From a virus, in UHGV virus genome UHGV-0363627: 64,000 nt of DNA. One strand, written 5' to 3'. Below the pieces are notes generated by a model. The model was not told where the DNA came from. It worked only from the letters and a program-made list of their open reading frames with translations, and ran no database searches. The position numbers were made by a program, and so were the translations under genes. Below are positions 1-10,342 of this stretch, piece after piece. Each line of letters starts with the position of its first letter. Position 1 is the first letter of the stretch.

Positions 1-1
1 A

Positions 2-3000
2 GCATTAGATGATGCTGCAACAGCTTTAGGTATTACTACTGAAGGTAAAAATATAAATGATTTAGCAAATGCCATTTATCGTAAATATAATGAAAAAGGA
101 TATATAACAAGAGTTTATAACGATGTAGGATTTCCTATTATTGATAGAGAACTAAATGTAAAACGATTTAGTGATGAAATGACAGAAGAAGAAAAGAAGA
201 TACATGACTTTATGGTTCTTCTACAATTTAATAAACTAAATCAATTAGGTAATATTGTTAATAATACTCTTAGTGTATTGACAGCAGATAAATTTGGTGC
301 TAAACCTAGTTATTATGCTACAGATAGAATATTTAGACAAATAGATGATATATTAGCAAGTGATGATAAATTATATACTGAAAATAAAAAAGGTGAAATA
401 ATTCCAGTGGTTGAAGCTATTTATCCTGGTATTAGTAAAGGTGTAGATAATTTTGCTAAAGCTGATATTAAAAATAGTAGTTATTCTTCTCTTGCTGCTA
501 TGTTGAAATATTCTTCTGTCACTGCATTAAAAGTCGGACAACAAGTATTTGAAACAGCAGAACCTAATTTTGTAGAACTTATATATAATATAGCTAAATA
601 TACAAAAAATGGAAAATTATCAGAGAAACTTTATAATGATTATAAGAAATATCTTGTTAAGAGATTATATGTAAATGATAATAATCCAGCTATTATATAT
701 CCTATTAGTCTAGATGATGATGGTAGTGTATTAATCAAGCAATCCTCTACGGGCAAGCTACATATAGATATTGAAAATGAAATGTCTAGAATTGCTGGTA
801 TTGGAAGTGAATATACTGAAAATACTAATTTTAAAATAGCTGATATTAATAATCCAACTAAAGAAGAAGTATTAGCTTTTGCTAAATTAAGTCCTGCTCA
901 AAAAGTTCTTTATATTAAAGAGAATTTTGATAATATAGGTATATTTGATTTTATAACAGTAAATAAGTTTAATGAATTTACTATTAAACAAAAAGGTTAT
1001 ATATCAAATGAACTTAAACTTAATCAAGGTAATTATACTAATGATTATTTATATGATTTATTTGATTTAGCTTATTTAAGTAGCAATCCAATTATTAGAT
1101 TGGCTGCAATAGACTTGGTAAAATATACTTATGTTGTAGAAGGAAATAATTTTAAAGCTGGTAATATTGCTCGTGCTATTTCTACTTTACCATTAAAACC
1201 TACTAATGTTGGTGGTATGAATATTGGATTTAGTACTAAACTTGCTTTTGATAATTATAGATTTATTGCTCCAACTACAAATGTTTCAGAAAAATTAATT
1301 ATTGGTTTTATTCGTCAAAATTATGATGATTTTCCTGCTAGATTTGTAGATGTAGATAAAATTATAAAGAAAAATGTAAATCATGCTCAAGATATTGAAT
1401 TTAATAATGATGGTTCGATAACTGTTTATACACATGGTATAGCTAATACAAAAGATTTTAATAAATTAGGATTATTGAATAAAGATGAGGCTTATGAAAT
1501 AATAAAAATTAGACATGGTAATACAGCAAAATTATATTATGGAATTAATCATATAGAAAATGTTACATATTATCCATTAAATAAACTTGATGAAATTGAT
1601 ACTAATAAAACAATAGAAGATAGTTCAGTTGCTCGCAACAACGTATATAAATCTTTATTCGATGTTGTATATGGATATAGAAGCGAAAAACTTGCTGAAC
1701 AATATGCTTTATATAAAGATAAATTTGTTAATGCTACAGAAATAACTATAGATGAAACAAATAATATAAGTGAAGTATTAGCTATAGCAAATCATAATTT
1801 CTTTAATAAGTCACAATTAATTCTTCGTAATACTGGATTTACAGGAGATAAATTAATAATAAATAATGCTATAAATGGTAAGAAATATGCTGCTACAAAA
1901 ATTACAGAAGAAGTAGCTAATAGACTTAGAGGAAATACTAGTAATCTTTATCAAGATTATATTGATTTTCTTGATAAATATCCTAATTATAAACCAGAAA
2001 GTGATTACGGTATCTTGCCCGTAGTGGAATATGGCAAAAGATATAGTAGCATTGGAGAACGTGATGCAGCTAGTTTTGCTATTAAACAAACTGTTGCTAT
2101 TGCTAGACAAGAAAGTTTTGGCGGTAATAAATTAGCTGAAAGTATGATGAAAATACTTAATAATGCTAATATCAATTATAAAGATACAAAAGAAATTGCC
2201 AACAATCTTCCTGTTGCTTCTTCGACTGTTGCTAAATTTGTAAAAGCTACTGCTGATAGATTGATATATGATGCTTATCATTTTACTATTGATGAGAATG
2301 GTAATGAATTGAAATTAAATGATGCTAGAGTTATAGAAAGAGTGTTGAAAGATGATAATCTTGAACGTAAGTTTATTACTCTTATTAATACAATCACATC
2401 ATTTAAAGATAGATATTCATTTAGTAATATTAATGTTGAAGGTTATGATGAAGATACAAAAGAAGCGTTAGAAACAATAAAAGAAGCTATTAATAAATTA
2501 AATAATGATACTATTGTGCTTCAAGCTAAAAGAAGTTATTGGAGAGAATTTATTAATAGTAGTACTACTAATCCTAATATTAAATCTGGATTGCAAGATG
2601 CTCTTACATTTTATGGAGATACAGGATTTTTTGATTTGAATATACAAGATATTGCATTTAATCATAATCAATTAGTTCAAGCTGTTGTTGGTGAAAGTCA
2701 AGCTATTATTAAAGAAGGAGAGTTTAGAGGTAAAATTGAAGCTCAACAATTTACTAAAATGCTTTCTGATTTAAAAGCTGAAGCTGCTAAAAATGGTAAA
2801 TCTATTGATTGGAATAAAATTGTTGATGAAAATGGTCGTCTTGTTCAGCCAAATAATAAAGAATGGTTTGAAATGAAAGACAAACTTAATAAAGAATATG
2901 TAAATGCTGTAGATGAAACAAAAGATAAATTTAGTGTTAAAGCATTAAGAGCTAAATTAGAATATGATGCATTTATAGCTGCAACTACAGAGTCACAATT

Positions 3001-6000
3001 TATTCCTATTAAAGATTATGATTATAACGGAGAAGAAGTTACTGTTGATTATACAAGAGAAACTATTACTAATCAATATGCTGTATTATATAATAAAAAC
3101 CCAAAAGTTGCTGAATTGTATGCTGAATATAAAAGATTGATGAAAGAACAATCTGATATATTAAGTAATATAATTGGTAATACTCCAACAGAAGAACAAG
3201 ATGAAAAGATACATCAAATATATCTTAAACTTCGTTTAATGACTTCTGACTTTGATGAAAATTATGAAATTAAAGATGATGAAGATTTGACTGCTGCTAG
3301 AACATTACAAGCATTTATTGATAGAAATAGATATTTAAAAGAATTGTTTTTTAATAGAAATATTAAAGTTGGTTTTGAAGAACAGCTTAATAATGCTTTA
3401 AAAACAATATCTGATATTGAAGGTGCTCGTGACCATGAAGGACGACTTCTTATTCCAATGAATATTCTTATGCAGAATAAAGAATATAGAAAAGCTAAAG
3501 CGTGGTTGAGAGCTAATGCAATGTATAAACCAGATGCTGATTTTATTAATGAAATTAATGCTTGTTTGACTGCATTAAATGACCCAACTATTGGTAAAAC
3601 TTCTGCTTTAAATATTGCTATTGAACAAGCAAACGCTCGTGATGAATTTGGTATTATTGATGGTAGAAAGTTTACTGCTGAACAAATAGAAAGAATTAAA
3701 AAAGAAACAGTTCGCAATTTCCATTTTAGTAAAAGAAGTGGTTTGCCTTATGCTGGTATATTAAGAAGTCAAGATGATGATGTTGTTATTTATAAATATG
3801 ATTTCTATGATAGTTTGCGAAATGATAAAGTTAAGTCAGAAGATGAAATAGAAGATATAGAAGCAATTAATAAAATTCTTGATAAAGTTTGGGATAGTAC
3901 AGCTAGAGTGCTTAATACAGGTAGCGATAAACTTACTATAGATGATTTGAATAAATTGTCTAAGTTGTTGGAATTATACGGCCTTGATAAAACTAAAAAT
4001 AAAAAGGCTGCTGAATTTATTGCTGAAGAATGTGTTGTTGATTATAATAATGCAGCTTATGAAGCGGATAAAGCAAGAGCATATAAAAACGGTGATGAAT
4101 GGTATCAAGCATGGAAGAAAGTATTTGAAACTGTAGATGATGATGGTAATGTTGTTCCTAATACAATATTCTATGGTGTTCTTAAACCTAAAGATGAAAG
4201 TAAATGGATTGACAAAAATAAAACTGATTATATAAGATTGATTAATAAACACGTTCAAAATACTAAAACTCAATATTACTATGAAGTTATGAGAACTAAT
4301 AGAGATAATATGAGTAAAGAAGAATTTAAAAAATGGTATTTTGATAATCATTATTATAATCCTTATAGTCGTCAATATGAACCATTGAAAATATGGACAC
4401 ATACTGAATATATAGATGAAAGTGGTAATAAAGCTAAAGGTAAATGGGAAGCTAGAATTAATCAGACAGATTTAGAGCCTAATAAAGATTATGTTAATGA
4501 GAAGTATGATAAGAATTATCCAACTTATAAAGAAGGTAGTACATATAAGGCTAAGCAAGAAGATGGAACTCGTAAAGAAGTAAGTTATGATAATTCTAAT
4601 TATAAATCATTAAATGAATATGAACTGAAACTGTTGAACAATTTAAAGAAGATAATGATGCAATATGCTTTTACTGATAGTAATAAATATTATGTAAAAC
4701 AAGGTTATCTTCCTTCTATTAGTAAAGAAAAAGAATTTGATTATAAAGATATATTTAAAGAAGCTATGGCATTTATTGGTGTTAGTTCTAATATTCCTAC
4801 TGATACTAAATGGCAAGATTTGGAGAATATAACTTATAATACTGATGAAGAAAAAGATAATCCAATGTTGCAAATGTTATTAGATAGAAATAGTTCTAAG
4901 TATGTTGAAGTTCCTCATTTTCCTAAACCTGGTGAAAGTGAAGCTGAATTTATTAAACGTAAACAAGAAGCTAAAGATGTTAATGCTAAGATAAGAGAAG
5001 AAAATGAAAAGATACATAATCAATTGATTAATAAAGATTGGGAAAATGTATTTAAATCGTTTATAATAAATAGTGCTAGATATGATGCTATTAGATTAAT
5101 TAAAGGTAAATTATATGCAGCCGATGATGCTTTATTAAGTTATGATGCTTATAAACTTAATTATAAGAATGAATTAATACAAGATTATAGATTAAGTGCA
5201 GAAAGTGAAGTTGAATATAAAACTGAAAGTAATCGTAATACATCTGCTCAATTAAGAAATTATATTCGTAGAGTTGTAAGAGATACTTATAAGAATAATA
5301 CAAATCCTCAGTTATTGAAGTTTGCTAGTATTGCTCAAAATATGGCTGGTAGTAAATATATGATGTTAAATATTACTGGTGGTATTGCAAATATTCTTAC
5401 AGGTCAGACTAACCTTGCAGCAGAAAGATTTGCTAGAGAATACTTTAATGAGAAAGATTGGATAATTGGTCAAAATCTTTATGTTGGTGGTGCTATTAGT
5501 TATATGTCTAATATGTATAATGATAAATCTACTACATTACAAGATGGTATTATAAAACTAGCAAATGTTGTTGATTATGATAGAATAGCAGAATTGACAG
5601 CTAATGATATAAAAGGTAATATAAAGAAATTAAGAGGTTTATTATTTACTCCACAAACTGCTGGTGAACATTATATGCAAAATACTGTTCTTCTAACAAT
5701 GATGAAAAATCATCATATAATTAAAGATGCTAATGGTAATGCTAAAATAGTATCGTTTGAAATGTTTAAACGAGAAAAAGAACTAGAAGCATTAATGATT
5801 GTATTGAATGAAGAAGAACGTGCTGCTTATGATAAATTCTTTAATGATATTCTTGCTGATGAAAATAGACGTGCTAATTATAATATGTTTAATGATAATG
5901 TCATAACAGATTTTATTAGAACACATCTTACAAAAGAAAGAATGGTTGAATTTGTAAGAAAACGTAAAGAGTTAATGAAAGAAGCAAAGAAGAAGTTTGA

Positions 6001-6943
6001 AGAATTACCAGATGTTTATAGTCAGTTTGAACTTGTTGATGATTATGCAAATCTAAAAGCTGATGCAGATATTGAACTTAAAGACTTTGCAAAACTTGTA
6101 GAAAAAGTTATCAGAGTTAATAAGAAAATACACGGCGTATATGATAAAATTGGTGCTGCTAAAATTGAAAATGAATGGTGGGGTGGTATTGTAATGCAAT
6201 TCCATAAACATCTATATCCTGGATTTAAGAAAAGATATAGACGACATGGTTATTACGATGAAGTATTAGAAACTATTGAAAAAGGTAGTTATAATAGTCT
6301 TATGCAATTTATTAATACTCCTTATCATTTGACTAAATATAAACGCAGTCAAGAAGAACTTGATACACTACAAGCTATTCAAGAATATTGTAAAAATGCT
6401 ATTAGTTTTATTACTCATATCAGACTTAATTATAATCTATTATCAGAAAGTGAACGTGCTAATATTAGACGTGCTTATGCTGATTTTGTTTATACAGGTG
6501 CAGCTGTAATTGGAGCAATAGCATTGACTGCAATAGCTGGAGGTGATGATGATAATGAAGAAAGTATTTGGTATAACTTATTAATGTATCATGCTGATAG
6601 ACTTGCTTCAGAAGCATTTGCATTTACTCCTATTGGTCTTGCTAGTGAAGGTGAAAAACTTTGGTCTAGTCCTGTTGCTATATGGCAAAGTGGTGATGAT
6701 TTATTAAAAGGATTAGCATTTGGAGTTCAAACATTAATTGATAATGGATTTGAAGGAGAATATAAAACAGGTCGTTATGCTGGAGAAAATAAACTTAAAG
6801 TTATAATTGGTAGAAATATACCTGTATATCGTAATATACAACGTATTATTGAATTGCCTGATAATAATAGTTATTATAAACTTGGAGATAATGCTTTGTC
6901 TGTTATACCTGTTAAAAAAATAGGTGAATGGATAAGAGAATAA
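2..6943 (+). CDS. Giant virion-associated protein, 5' partial. The reading frame is open from the window start. The first in-frame ATG is at 179. The stretch from 179 to the stop is 2254 aa.
   Basis: Frame 2 is open from nt 2 to the TAA at 6941-6943 with no stop upstream of the ATG at 179. Size and position at the end of the structural block resemble crAss-like giant virion proteins. No catalytic motif recognised. Confidence 0.6.
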   Translation, partial: ALDDAATALGITTEGKNINDLANAIYRKYNEKGYITRVYNDVGFPIIDRELNVKRFSDEMTEEEKKIHDFMVLLQFNKLNQLGNIVNNTLSVLTADKFGAKPSYYATDRIFRQIDDILASDDKLYTENKKGEIIPVVEAIYPGISKGVDNFAKADIKNSSYSSLAAMLKYSSVTALKVGQQVFETAEPNFVELIYNIAKYTKNGKLSEKLYNDYKKYLVKRLYVNDNNPAIIYPISLDDDGSVLIKQSSTGKLHIDIENEMSRIAGIGSEYTENTNFKIADINNPTKEEVLAFAKLSPAQKVLYIKENFDNIGIFDFITVNKFNEFTIKQKGYISNELKLNQGNYTNDYLYDLFDLAYLSSNPIIRLAAIDLVKYTYVVEGNNFKAGNIARAISTLPLKPTNVGGMNIGFSTKLAFDNYRFIAPTTNVSEKLIIGFIRQNYDDFPARFVDVDKIIKKNVNHAQDIEFNNDGSITVYTHGIANTKDFNKLGLLNKDEAYEIIKIRHGNTAKLYYGINHIENVTYYPLNKLDEIDTNKTIEDSSVARNNVYKSLFDVVYGYRSEKLAEQYALYKDKFVNATEITIDETNNISEVLAIANHNFFNKSQLILRNTGFTGDKLIINNAINGKKYAATKITEEVANRLRGNTSNLYQDYIDFLDKYPNYKPESDYGILPVVEYGKRYSSIGERDAASFAIKQTVAIARQESFGGNKLAESMMKILNNANINYKDTKEIANNLPVASSTVAKFVKATADRLIYDAYHFTIDENGNELKLNDARVIERVLKDDNLERKFITLINTITSFKDRYSFSNINVEGYDEDTKEALETIKEAINKLNNDTIVLQAKRSYWREFINSSTTNPNIKSGLQDALTFYGDTGFFDLNIQDIAFNHNQLVQAVVGESQAIIKEGEFRGKIEAQQFTKMLSDLKAEAAKNGKSIDWNKIVDENGRLVQPNNKEWFEMKDKLNKEYVNAVDETKDKFSVKALRAKLEYDAFIAATTESQFIPIKDYDYNGEEVTVDYTRETITNQYAVLYNKNPKVAELYAEYKRLMKEQSDILSNIIGNTPTEEQDEKIHQIYLKLRLMTSDFDENYEIKDDEDLTAARTLQAFIDRNRYLKELFFNRNIKVGFEEQLNNALKTISDIEGARDHEGRLLIPMNILMQNKEYRKAKAWLRANAMYKPDADFINEINACLTALNDPTIGKTSALNIAIEQANARDEFGIIDGRKFTAEQIERIKKETVRNFHFSKRSGLPYAGILRSQDDDVVIYKYDFYDSLRNDKVKSEDEIEDIEAINKILDKVWDSTARVLNTGSDKLTIDDLNKLSKLLELYGLDKTKNKKAAEFIAEECVVDYNNAAYEADKARAYKNGDEWYQAWKKVFETVDDDGNVVPNTIFYGVLKPKDESKWIDKNKTDYIRLINKHVQNTKTQYYYEVMRTNRDNMSKEEFKKWYFDNHYYNPYSRQYEPLKIWTHTEYIDESGNKAKGKWEARINQTDLEPNKDYVNEKYDKNYPTYKEGSTYKAKQEDGTRKEVSYDNSNYKSLNEYELKLLNNLKKIMMQYAFTDSNKYYVKQGYLPSISKEKEFDYKDIFKEAMAFIGVSSNIPTDTKWQDLENITYNTDEEKDNPMLQMLLDRNSSKYVEVPHFPKPGESEAEFIKRKQEAKDVNAKIREENEKIHNQLINKDWENVFKSFIINSARYDAIRLIKGKLYAADDALLSYDAYKLNYKNELIQDYRLSAESEVEYKTESNRNTSAQLRNYIRRVVRDTYKNNTNPQLLKFASIAQNMAGSKYMMLNITGGIANILTGQTNLAAERFAREYFNEKDWIIGQNLYVGGAISYMSNMYNDKSTTLQDGIIKLANVVDYDRIAELTANDIKGNIKKLRGLLFTPQTAGEHYMQNTVLLTMMKNHHIIKDANGNAKIVSFEMFKREKELEALMIVLNEEERAAYDKFFNDILADENRRANYNMFNDNVITDFIRTHLTKERMVEFVRKRKELMKEAKKKFEELPDVYSQFELVDDYANLKADADIELKDFAKLVEKVIRVNKKIHGVYDKIGAAKIENEWWGGIVMQFHKHLYPGFKKRYRRHGYYDEVLETIEKGSYNSLMQFINTPYHLTKYKRSQEELDTLQAIQEYCKNAISFITHIRLNYNLLSESERANIRRAYADFVYTGAAVIGAIALTAIAGGDDDNEESIWYNLLMYHADRLASEAFAFTPIGLASEGEKLWSSPVAIWQSGDDLLKGLAFGVQTLIDNGFEGEYKTGRYAGENKLKVIIGRNIPVYRNIQRIIELPDNNSYYKLGDNALSVIPVKKIGEWIRE
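742..759 (-). repeat. Dispersed motif copy (orientation R: ATCCTCTACGGGCAAGCT on + strand) inside the giant ORF, coding SSTGKL. Consensus is tGTAGCTTGCCCGTAG(A)GGAATG.
   Basis: Match to the family consensus on the minus strand. Confidence 0.8.
2022..2040 (+). repeat. Degenerate motif copy ATCTTGCCCGTAGTGGAAT inside the giant ORF (codes ILPVVEY)
   Basis: 14/18 match, GTAGTGG variant. Confidence 0.45.
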
Positions 6944-6954
6944 TATCTCGCTGA

Positions 6955-6973
6955 AACTTGCCCGTAGGGAATG
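6955..6973 (+). repeat. Motif copy AACTTGCCCGTAGGGAATG, 12 nt after the giant-ORF stop
   Basis: Consensus match. Gives rise to spurious ORF 6958..7209 (MPVGN...). Confidence 0.8.
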
Positions 6974-7077
6974 ACATGGTAATAATCATGCTGCTCCTTA
7001 TGGGCATTTTCGTATTAATACACTTGATAGAATTATTGTTAATATTGAAGATGGAGCAATTGCAAAAAATAAAGGCG

Positions 7078-7112
7078 GACAACCAGTTAATAACCAGTCA
7101 TCCGCCTACTAC
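7078..7112 (+). terminator. candidate terminator hairpin after the giant ORF (GGCGGAC...GTCATCCGCC), no clear U-tract
   Basis: 6-bp GC-rich stem in AT-rich context about 140 nt after the stop codon. Confidence 0.25.
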
Positions 7113-7338
7113 TCACATTCATAACAATTCATTACTATGCCTTCTCGCTTACAGATTTGCCGTCTGTTGCATTTTATTAGTCAGCATGATAGTTTGTATT
7201 GATTTTTGACAATCATTCGTCAGAGAGCCTTAAAATAAGTCGTTGTATTGACAACTATATTCGTTATCATCAATAACTCCAGCTATAATAGCAACAATCA
7301 CAACACCGACAAATATAATATCTATTATTCTTTTCATT

Positions 7339-7509
7339 TCAATTAGTTTCTCCTATTCTCCAAACAATAAACAAAACAAATAATATTATTCCAATCAAAA
7401 TACCAAAACCAAATTTATTAGATTGTTCTTGTTCAGTATCATCTTCGTTAATAAATACTTTTGCTACTACATATCCAATAATAGCAATAACAACAATAGG
7501 CAATGTCAT
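7339..7509 (-). CDS. Small 56-aa two-TM membrane protein (MTLPIVVIAIIGYVVAKVFINEDD...). Not in the supplied ORF track because it is under 60 aa.
   Basis: ATG (minus) at 7507-7509, TGA at 7339-7341. Hydrophobic composition. Found by hand translation. Confidence 0.25.
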   Translation of the reverse strand: MTLPIVVIAIIGYVVAKVFINEDDTEQEQSNKFGFGILIGIILFVLFIVWRIGETN

Positions 7510-7709
7510 AACAATTTCTTTAATAAATTACACATTCTTTTAGCATCATTTTCTTTATCATATACAACAGGTACACTTTTTCCCTTTATCATTATAATAG
7601 CTGTATAATAATAACCATTTCTTGCTTTTTGTTGAACAGCAAATTCTTCTTTGTCATTATAAGTAAATTTCTTTACAATAACAAGTTCTTCTTTTTCTTT
7701 CATAATCAT
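7506..7709 (-). CDS. hypothetical protein (67 aa)
   Basis: ORF in the minus-strand gene block. 4-nt overlap with the upstream gene (translational coupling). Confidence 0.4.
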   Translation of the reverse strand: MIMKEKEELVIVKKFTYNDKEEFAVQQKARNGYYYTAIIMIKGKSVPVVYDKENDAKRMCNLLKKLL

Positions 7710-8422
7710 TCAATTTTAATTTCTTCAAAAGGTTCAAATTTTCTAGATTTAATTCTTCCTAATATTTTCTTTTTATAATCTTCATTTAAACTAACAACAG
7801 GGGTAGTTTTTCCCTCTAAATATATAAATTCTAATTTTCTTTCTTTTGTATTATCATTTACCCATTTACATAATCTAATTTTACTCCCATTAAATAAAAA
7901 ATTATGATTTAATATGTAATATGATTTTAAATTATTAATAGGGACTAATACTTCCATCTTTATTAATGAAGATAAAGATGCAGCAAAAGTTTTATTATTC
8001 ATCCCAGTATGTCTATTAACATCATCTCTAGTAAAATAAACATAATTACAATCTCGTTTTATTATACTAGCGACATATAATAATAATTTAATAGATGAAT
8101 CATTAGTAAAACTAATTTTATTCCAATGCAACAATCTATAATTTAATACAGGATGCATTTGTATAAATGGTTCTTTACTTATATCTTTATTAATATTTAT
8201 ATCAGTACCATCAGACAAATTAGTACTTACTGTATTATTATAAGTATTAGTATCAAAAGGTGTTGGCAAATAATCACCTTTATCAATTTTATCTTGTAAT
8301 TTAGTTGTTTCTTTACAATCATTTATAATTTTATTACAACTAACATTACTTAATTTACCTTCTCTTGCTTTCTTTGCTAATTCTTCAAGCATATCGGCAG
8401 CTTCATTTTGTACTATATCCAT
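7706..8422 (-). CDS. hypothetical protein (238 aa)
   Basis: Long ORF, acidic N-terminus. No recognisable motif. Confidence 0.5.
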   Translation of the reverse strand: MDIVQNEAADMLEELAKKAREGKLSNVSCNKIINDCKETTKLQDKIDKGDYLPTPFDTNTYNNTVSTNLSDGTDININKDISKEPFIQMHPVLNYRLLHWNKISFTNDSSIKLLLYVASIIKRDCNYVYFTRDDVNRHTGMNNKTFAASLSSLIKMEVLVPINNLKSYYILNHNFLFNGSKIRLCKWVNDNTKERKLEFIYLEGKTTPVVSLNEDYKKKILGRIKSRKFEPFEEIKIE

Positions 8423-8728
8423 AACAATATTATTTAGTGATTAATAAAATTTGCATGGTCTTGATGACTACTCAAATATAACATTATAAATCAGACTACG
8501 CAAGTACGTACCAACCAAAACTATGCAAAATTGATATAATTGCCTGATAATCAGCTATTTACAGCTCCTTAATAATATTATTATATATAATAAAATATTG
8601 ATGTTCCAGCATATCATAAATAAAACCGCTACTACTTTCACAAGCAATAGCGGCAACAAATTTAATACTTAAATCAACAACAGTATCTTTAATATCTTTC
8701 ATTTTTTCAATATCAATTAGATTATTTT

Positions 8729-8748
8729 AGCTCGCCCGTAGAGGAATG
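8729..8748 (+). repeat. Motif copy AGCTCGCCCGTAGAGGAATG; left arm of motif-pair hairpin A
   Basis: Pairs with inverted copy at 8779-8794 (31-nt spacer). Confidence 0.8.
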
Positions 8749-8778
8749 CTAGGCATGATAGCTAGCTTAATCATCACT

Positions 8779-8794
8779 TTCCTACGGGCAAGCT
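8779..8794 (-). repeat. Motif copy (R) TTCCTACGGGCAAGCT; right arm of hairpin A
   Basis: Inverted relative to 8729-8748. Confidence 0.75.
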
Positions 8795-8859
8795 GTAATA
8801 TCAACAATAACTAAATCGTCAATATAAATAATAACTAAATTATAACATTTACTAGCAGT

Positions 8860-8878
8860 AGCTCCCCCGTAGGGAATG
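8860..8878 (+). repeat. Motif copy AGCTCCCCCGTAGGGAATG; left arm of hairpin B
   Basis: Pairs with 8894-8911 (15-nt spacer). Confidence 0.8.
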
Positions 8879-8893
8879 CTAGCATTACATCAT

Positions 8894-8911
8894 ATCCTCT
8901 ACGGGCAAGCT
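8894..8911 (-). repeat. Motif copy (R) ATCCTCTACGGGCAAGCT; right arm of hairpin B
   Basis: Inverted relative to 8860-8878. Confidence 0.8.
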
Positions 8912-8949
8912 ATATTATCTATTACATCTTTTTCATTTTTACCTCCTTT

Positions 8950-9141
8950 CTATGCTAATTGACCATCAAAATAACTTTCACATTCATCGCAATAAATTTC
9001 AACTACTTCATTATCAGTAATCATATCTATTGTTTCATCATCAGCATAATCTTCTATATAAACAGTATTACCGCAATATGGACATGAACAAATATAACCA
9101 CGTCCATCTTCATCATAAATTCCAACAATTTCTTCTTCCAT
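8950..9141 (-). CDS. small zinc-ribbon protein (63 aa)
   Basis: Two CxxC pairs (CSCPYCG ... CDECESYFDG). Confidence 0.45.
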   Translation of the reverse strand: MEEEIVGIYDEDGRGYICSCPYCGNTVYIEDYADDETIDMITDNEVVEIYCDECESYFDGQLA

Positions 9142-9143
9142 AA

Positions 9144-9404
9144 TTACAACATTTCAAATTTATCAATAACACATTTATAAAAATCAGCAGGCATAGAGCC
9201 AAATATTCTTGCTATTTCTCTAATATTTTCTCTAAATATAACAGTAGGAAAAACATTAGTTTTATATTTATTATTTGCAATATCTCGATTACAAGTTACT
9301 ATATTACATTTTATATCTTTATCTTTACATGTATCTTGTAATATACTACTAACAAATTCACAAGCAAGACAATCTTTAATTGTTATAACTTCTATTATTT
9401 TCAT
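9144..9404 (-). CDS. glutaredoxin/NrdH-like redoxin (86 aa)
   Basis: CLAC (CxxC) active-site-like motif near the N-terminus, then a VFPTVIF stretch resembling the glutaredoxin TVPxIFI motif. Thioredoxin-fold size. Confidence 0.5.
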   Translation of the reverse strand: MKIIEVITIKDCLACEFVSSILQDTCKDKDIKCNIVTCNRDIANNKYKTNVFPTVIFRENIREIARIFGSMPADFYKCVIDKFEML

Positions 9405-9697
9405 ACTTGTACAACTTCTTCATCTGTAAAACCATGAGCAAGACTAAAATGATTACGAAAATCATCAAGAGTTCTAACATACATTTGACTTTCAATATCA
9501 GCTCTAGTATATATAACTCCAGGACTCCATTTACCATTTAATTTAATAAGATTATCTCTTGCTTCTATAACTTTATATAAATTCTCAGTTTTAATATGAA
9601 TAAAATAATCTCCAGCATTTACTGGAGAATTATTATATAAAGGTTTTAATTTATTTGCCTGTGCTTCCATAACCACCTTGTCCTCTATCTGTTTCAC
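9401..9697 (-). CDS. hypothetical protein (98 aa)
   Basis: ORF, overlaps its neighbours by a few nt. Confidence 0.4.
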   Translation of the reverse strand: MKQIEDKVVMEAQANKLKPLYNNSPVNAGDYFIHIKTENLYKVIEARDNLIKLNGKWSPGVIYTRADIESQMYVRTLDDFRNHFSLAHGFTDEEVVQV

Positions 9698-10325
9698 CTA
9701 AATCTTCTAATTTATCAACTTCTTGCCATTCAATCTTAGTTCTTTTACGAACAAGAATTTGAGCAATTCTATCTCCTACTTTATAAGGGAATTTATTCAT
9801 ATCATTAAGTTCATATCTATCTCTATCTATAGCATTAAGAACATGAATATAAGAATCATTAGATTTATTATTATTAATTTTGTCTAAGTTAATTCTAATA
9901 CTATCAATTATATTTAAAAAATTAATATTATCTCTACATTTAAATACCACCGTTATTTCTCCTCTATAAGGTTCATCTATACAACCAGGCATATTAGCTA
10001 TATAATATTCAGTTTTAGTAAGAGAACTTCTAGGTTTTACTTCGCATTCATAATCTTTATCTAAAGCCATATGTAATCCTGTATGAACAATATATCTATC
10101 TTTTTTAGCATCATATTCAATAGATTGAGCATATAAGTCACAACAAGCATCGCCATCGTGAGCATAAGTAGGAAGAGGTATATCTTTATTTTCTCTCCAA
10201 CATTTAACAGGTATTATTTTATTAAGTTCATCTTGTTTAATTAAATAATTAAGCACATCTCCATTTTTACTACCAGAAAGTAACATTTTAAGTGCATGTT
10301 CTACATAATTTTCATTTCTTTTCAT
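9651..10325 (-). CDS. dut: dUTP pyrophosphatase (dUTPase), with N-terminal extension
   Basis: C-terminal dUTPase motifs GDRIAQIL (motif 3) and RGQGGYGSTG (motif 5). Confidence 0.75.
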   Translation of the reverse strand: MKRNENYVEHALKMLLSGSKNGDVLNYLIKQDELNKIIPVKCWRENKDIPLPTYAHDGDACCDLYAQSIEYDAKKDRYIVHTGLHMALDKDYECEVKPRSSLTKTEYYIANMPGCIDEPYRGEITVVFKCRDNINFLNIIDSIRINLDKINNNKSNDSYIHVLNAIDRDRYELNDMNKFPYKVGDRIAQILVRKRTKIEWQEVDKLEDLGETDRGQGGYGSTGK

Positions 10326-10342
10326 AATCTTTATTTATTTAA

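Noticed and set aside
1853-4873. Minus-strand ORFs inside the giant gene (1853..2110, 3262..3717, 3974..4402, 4643..4873)
   Set aside because: Antisense, low-complexity, Ile/Phe-rich read-through of AT-rich coding DNA.
6958-7209. ORF 6958..7209 (+), 83 aa, beginning MPVGN
   Set aside because: It starts inside a motif copy in the intergenic region after the giant gene. Its hydrophobic low-complexity translation and lack of a start context suggest non-coding.
7423-7608. ORF 7423..7608 (+), 61 aa
   Set aside because: Antisense to better small membrane-protein ORFs on the minus strand (7339..7509 and 7506..7709). Asn-run low complexity.
8729-8911. Possible CRISPR-like mini-array (four about 18-nt repeats with 15-65-nt spacers)
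   Set aside because: The repeats alternate in orientation and form two hairpins. Spacers are irregular. The same repeat is dispersed genome-wide inside genes. No cas genes. Not a CRISPR array.
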